Of a stretch of DNA of 64,000 nt, positions 60,340 to 64,000 are shown one piece after another. The notes under the pieces were generated by a model. It did not search any database. It was not told the DNA's origin and was given only the letters and a program-made list of their open reading frames with translations. The stretch comes from Alphaproteobacteria bacterium (GTDB lineage: Bacteria; Pseudomonadota; Alphaproteobacteria; MPNO01), in NCBI GenBank assembly GCA_965203455.1, contig CBDBCV010000012.1, forward strand, positions 175,911 through 239,910, read 5' to 3'. The position numbers were made by a program, and so were the translations under genes. Position 1 is the first letter of the stretch. Every line of letters begins with the position of its first letter.

Positions 60340-61335
60340 ATGTCCGAGGATCGGCCTATCATGAGCAGTGAAGAGTTCGCCATCGCCTACGATGGCCCAG
60401 CGCTGGCCAGTCACACCATGGATGTCCAGACACTCGGGCCGGCCCTGGTAGCGATAGGTCATCTGTGCGAGGAAGCGAATCGGGTCATCAACGGTTCGGA
60501 CTTTGCCGCCGCGACCGTGCGCGTGAAATCGACCGGGGAAGGATGTTTCGACATCGCCCTTGAGATGGTCCAGCGCGTTTACGACAGCGCGGCCGATCTC
60601 GTTCGAGCAGACGAGACGGCCACGGCCAAGGAAATCATAGAGTGGCTAGGCTTCGGGGCGATCCCACTGCTGGGGCTTCTGGGTTTCCGGAAGTGGAAGC
60701 GGGGCCGGAAGGTCATCAAGCAGGAGACCGCAACGAACGGGGATGGAGCCACCGTCGTCAACGTTACGGTGGAAGGTGACGGAAACAACGTCATCGCGCT
60801 CAGCCCCATCGTTCACAAGTTGGCAAGCGATCCGAAGGTCGTTGCGGCCCTGCGGCGGATATTGGACCCCCTGACGGAAGCTGGCGTTGAAGAGTTCCGA
60901 ATCCGCCGCGGCGGTAAGACCACCGCGTCAGTCAGCGCGAACGAGGTGGACGACGGGTATTTCGATCTCGATCCCGACGAGTTCGGCGGCGAGGAACCGG
61001 CCAACGATCCCCAATCGTTCGATGCCGTGTTGGTGCTTCGAGCCCCGGTTTTCGTGCAGGACAGCAGATGGCAGTTTTTCCTCGGCGATCAAAGAGTATC
61101 CGCGACCCTTAGCGATGCCGAGTTCATCAAGAGCGTGTTCGAGGGAGGTGCCCGGTTCGGCGTGGGAGACAGGTTCCGGGTTCGCCTTTGCCTGATGCAA
61201 GTGCTTCTCTCCACCGGGAAGATCAGGAACGATTACGAGATTCTCAAGGTGATCGAGATCATCCCCGGCCCGAAGCAGTTAGATCTGAGCCTCGACGGCG
61301 GCGACCCGGAGGATGACGATGCCAACTCTTCGTGA
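60340..61335 (+). CDS. Hypothetical 331-aa passenger protein
   Basis: Globular composition, YDGPAL..H.MD..LGPAL N-terminus; no function recognised. Confidence 0.75.
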   Translation: MSEDRPIMSSEEFAIAYDGPALASHTMDVQTLGPALVAIGHLCEEANRVINGSDFAAATVRVKSTGEGCFDIALEMVQRVYDSAADLVRADETATAKEIIEWLGFGAIPLLGLLGFRKWKRGRKVIKQETATNGDGATVVNVTVEGDGNNVIALSPIVHKLASDPKVVAALRRILDPLTEAGVEEFRIRRGGKTTASVSANEVDDGYFDLDPDEFGGEEPANDPQSFDAVLVLRAPVFVQDSRWQFFLGDQRVSATLSDAEFIKSVFEGGARFGVGDRFRVRLCLMQVLLSTGKIRNDYEILKVIEIIPGPKQLDLSLDGGDPEDDDANSS

Positions 61336-61492
61336 AGCGCGGAAGAAGGGCCGGATCGAGGACTTCATCGCCGAGCACGAGGCGGACCCCGCCGGCGACA
61401 TGGACAAGCTTGACGCGGCGCTCAAGCGTCCTGCTGCGGAAACCGGGAAATCAACTCCGGCAGCATCGACTCCGGATTCTGACGACGGTTGA
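61313..61492 (+). CDS. Candidate 59-aa protein overlapping transposase 3' end antisense
   Basis: GGAGG RBS; MTMPTLREARKKGRIEDFIAEHEADPAGDMDKLDAALKRP.. Confidence 0.5.
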   Translation: MTMPTLREARKKGRIEDFIAEHEADPAGDMDKLDAALKRPAAETGKSTPAASTPDSDDG

Positions 61493-62291
61493 AGCGGTAT
61501 TCGCACTCCTTCGCGTATTTGGCCAAGTGCTTCGGAGACACGCTGATGTGCGTCCCCGCGATGGTCCGCTTCAACTGCGAGAAAAACCCTTCCACGGCGT
61601 TCGTCGTCTGGCCGTAGTCGCCGACATACTCCTCGGCCGCATGGATCACCGCCAGCCGCTTGTAGTCGTCCGTCCGATCCAGCGGGTTATAGCCGCCGTG
61701 CTCGTCGGTGTGGATTTCAGTGCCCGGCTCGATGTGGTCGCGGATGTGCTTCATCAATGACTTGCCGGTGCGATCCGGGATGACCTCGGTGATGACCTCG
61801 CCATCCTTCTCCACCATGCCCATGACGATGGCCTTACCCTTGCCGCCCTGTCCGCCCGGCATGTAGCCGCCGATATAGGTCTCGTCGACTTCCACGGTGC
61901 CGCCCAGAACGCCGTCGCCGTCCACCCGCGCCATGTGCTCCCTGATCTTGTGGCCCATCCGCCAAGCGCACTTGTAAGTGACGCCCAACTGGCGCTGTAT
62001 CTCTTTCGCCGCGACGCCGTTCCGCGTCGTGGTGAACATGAAGATCGCATAGAACCAGAGTTGCAACGGCGTCCGCGATCCCTCGAACAGCGTGCCGACC
62101 ATCGGGTGAATGTGGTGGCCGCACCACTGGCAGGTGAACGCCCGCTCCGATTTCAACGGATACCACTTCGCCGACCGCTCGCACTTCGGGCATTCGTGGC
62201 CTTGCCCGAACCGGACCTCGAACAGATGCGCGAGGCAGGTGTCGTCATCGGGGAACTTCTGGAAAAACTGGCGGACGGTGGCAGGCTTCAT
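61422..62291 (-). CDS. IS1595-family (ISXO2-like) transposase
   Basis: CPKC..CQWC zinc ribbon, VEVDETY, IHTDE, TNAVEGFF, ECEYRFN. Confidence 0.9.
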   Translation of the reverse strand: MKPATVRQFFQKFPDDDTCLAHLFEVRFGQGHECPKCERSAKWYPLKSERAFTCQWCGHHIHPMVGTLFEGSRTPLQLWFYAIFMFTTTRNGVAAKEIQRQLGVTYKCAWRMGHKIREHMARVDGDGVLGGTVEVDETYIGGYMPGGQGGKGKAIVMGMVEKDGEVITEVIPDRTGKSLMKHIRDHIEPGTEIHTDEHGGYNPLDRTDDYKRLAVIHAAEEYVGDYGQTTNAVEGFFSQLKRTIAGTHISVSPKHLAKYAKECEYRFNRRQNPESMLPELISRFPQQDA

Positions 62292-62544
62292 CGGCTATCT
62301 CCCTTCACTCTAAGAGATGGTGATTGCCCTACCGTATGTCAAGGGGATACTCGCCTAAAAGAAGAGGCAACGCCCCGCCGACCATTCCGCGCATCGAGAC
62401 GCGGTGCGGTTTGCGGGGCCGAGCCTCCATCGGGAAATATAGTGTTGCGCCTGGCAGGGGGCAAGACGGGTTTTCAGCTGTCCGGGCTGTTGTCCGGCCG
62501 CCCCGCCGTGTATGGAATGGCGCGCGACCACGACGGAGGACGAC

Positions 62545-63330
62545 ATGGATCTGGGTCTCAAGGGACGTAAGGCGGCGATCTCGGGGGCGAGCGACGGGCT
62601 GGGCTACGCGGCGGCGCTGGCGCTGGCGGACGAGGGCTGCGACGTCGCGATCTCGGCGCGCGGACAGGAGCAGCTCGACAGGGCGGCGGCGGCGATCGGG
62701 GCCAGGGGCGTCAACGCCGTCGGGATCGCCTGCGACATGTCGAACGAGGAAGGCTGCGCCGAATTCGTGAACCGGGCCGCCGAAGGGCTGGGCGGGATCG
62801 ACATCCTGATCAACTGCGTCGGCGGCATGACGCCGGGCAACCTCGATTCGCTCACCGCCGACAACTGGGACGAGATCGTCAACCGCAACCTGATGGCCTA
62901 TGTCCACACCACCAAGGCGGCGCTGCCGCATCTGGAAAAATCGGACGCGGGCCGCGTGCTCAACATTTCCGGCATCTCGGGCAAGCAGCTGATGCCGGGC
63001 TCGTTCTCGACCGCGATCCCGAACGCGGGCATCAACGCGTTCACCAAGCTGATGGCGGGCGAGCTCGCGGCCAGGGGGATCCTGGTCAACAATCTCTGCC
63101 CGGGCCTCGTGAACACGCCGCGCTGGACGCCGCGCCGCGAGGCGATGGCGAAAATGCGGGGCGTCACCGCGGACGAGGTCGAGAAGCAGTTCGCGGCCAA
63201 CGCCCTGCTCGGCCGCTGGGGCAAGCCGGAGGAGATCGGCGACGTCGCGGCCTTCATGGTCTCGCCGCGCAACAGCTACATGACCGGGTCGACGGTTGAA
63301 GTCTGCGGCGGCTGGGGCAAGTATTTCTGA
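62545..63330 (+). CDS. Short-chain dehydrogenase/reductase, atypical active site
   Basis: SGASDGLG, IDILIN, VNNLCPG, SYMTG. Confidence 0.85.
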   Translation: MDLGLKGRKAAISGASDGLGYAAALALADEGCDVAISARGQEQLDRAAAAIGARGVNAVGIACDMSNEEGCAEFVNRAAEGLGGIDILINCVGGMTPGNLDSLTADNWDEIVNRNLMAYVHTTKAALPHLEKSDAGRVLNISGISGKQLMPGSFSTAIPNAGINAFTKLMAGELAARGILVNNLCPGLVNTPRWTPRREAMAKMRGVTADEVEKQFAANALLGRWGKPEEIGDVAAFMVSPRNSYMTGSTVEVCGGWGKYF

Positions 63331-63353
63331 GCGGACGAACCAAGGAGGAAACG

Positions 63354-63869
63354 ATGGCGGACCAGGCGGAAATGCCGGCGGTGGAGACCGCCGCCGAGCC
63401 CGCGCTCAGGCTCAACTTCCTGTCGCACGGCACGCTGGAGTCGAAGAACCTCGACCGGGCGCGCGCGTTCTACACCGAGTTCCTCGGGCTCCAGGTGGTG
63501 CGAACCAGCCCGATCTCGCTGCTGATCCGGCTCGGCGGCCCCAACACCATCGCCGTGGTCGAGCAGAAGAACCGCACCGAGGAGATGCCGATGCTCAACC
63601 ACAACGGGCTCGATGTCGAGACCCAGGAAGAGGTCGACGCGGCGCACGGGACGGTGGTGGCGGAAGCGGAGAAATGGGGCCTGCACCGGATCTCGAAGCC
63701 GAAGCTGCAGCACGGCACCTACAGCTTCTTCTTCTGGGACATGGACAACAATTGCTGGGAGATCCTGACCAACCCGCAGGGCGGCTACAGCTGGCTGTTC
63801 GAGAAGGGCGATCTCTCCGGCAAGGGCCATCTCGACCGGAACTTCGAGCGTCCCGGCATGCGGGAGTAG
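63354..63869 (+). CDS. VOC/glyoxalase family protein
   Basis: LSHGTL..FYTEFLGL..HNGLDV..D.DNNCWE. Confidence 0.85.
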   Translation: MADQAEMPAVETAAEPALRLNFLSHGTLESKNLDRARAFYTEFLGLQVVRTSPISLLIRLGGPNTIAVVEQKNRTEEMPMLNHNGLDVETQEEVDAAHGTVVAEAEKWGLHRISKPKLQHGTYSFFFWDMDNNCWEILTNPQGGYSWLFEKGDLSGKGHLDRNFERPGMRE

Positions 63870-63875
63870 GGGCAG

Positions 63876-63972
63876 GTCCCTCGATACGGCGCTTGCGCGC
63901 CTACTCGGGATGAGGGCTCCCTTTCGGATCTCCCCTCACCCTGAGTAGCCGCGAAGCGGCGTATCGAAGGGC
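63876..63972. repeat. REP-like doublet family A
   Basis: Same unit pair as 2122-2213. Confidence 0.9.
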
Positions 63973-64000
63973 GGTCGGCACCGCCGCATTCATCGGGCGA

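Larger units (their letters stand above)
59643..62355 (-). mobile_element. IS1595-family element with passenger genes
   Basis: Perfect 27-bp TIRs GGCGAGTATCCCCTTGACATACGGTAG; no TSD. Confidence 0.9.

Overview
High-GC bacterial chromosome segment, probably alphaproteobacterial (inferred from gene content and repeat types). It mixes aromatic/heterocycle catabolism genes with a dense, nested mobilome. The left end carries a gene run joining 4-hydroxybenzoyl-CoA reductase (hcrCAB) with a 4-chlorobenzoyl-CoA dehalogenase. Divergent from it are a GIY-YIG nuclease bracketed by REP-like palindrome doublets and fused in frame to MarR, and an IS-truncated 4HBT thioesterase. Three parS sites lie in this cluster. 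From 8 to 24 kb there is a tangle of IS66, class D group II introns, IS256, IS3 and an IS1016-like MITE. The middle holds RND, Bug/TctC, LLM, cupin, GMC, UbiD, a Zur-zinc ABC operon, acylase+GH3, apt and vapBC. From 53 to 62 kb is a decaying AT-richer island with IS1182/IS4-like, IS1380, IS3 and a cargo-carrying IS1595. No rRNA, tRNA or CRISPR array was seen. The best candidates for undescribed biology are (i) a GIY-YIG/REP-doublet mobile system and (ii) a dehalogenase-plus-reductase route for O2-independent halobenzoate catabolism. All family calls are from recognition of motifs, with no searches run.
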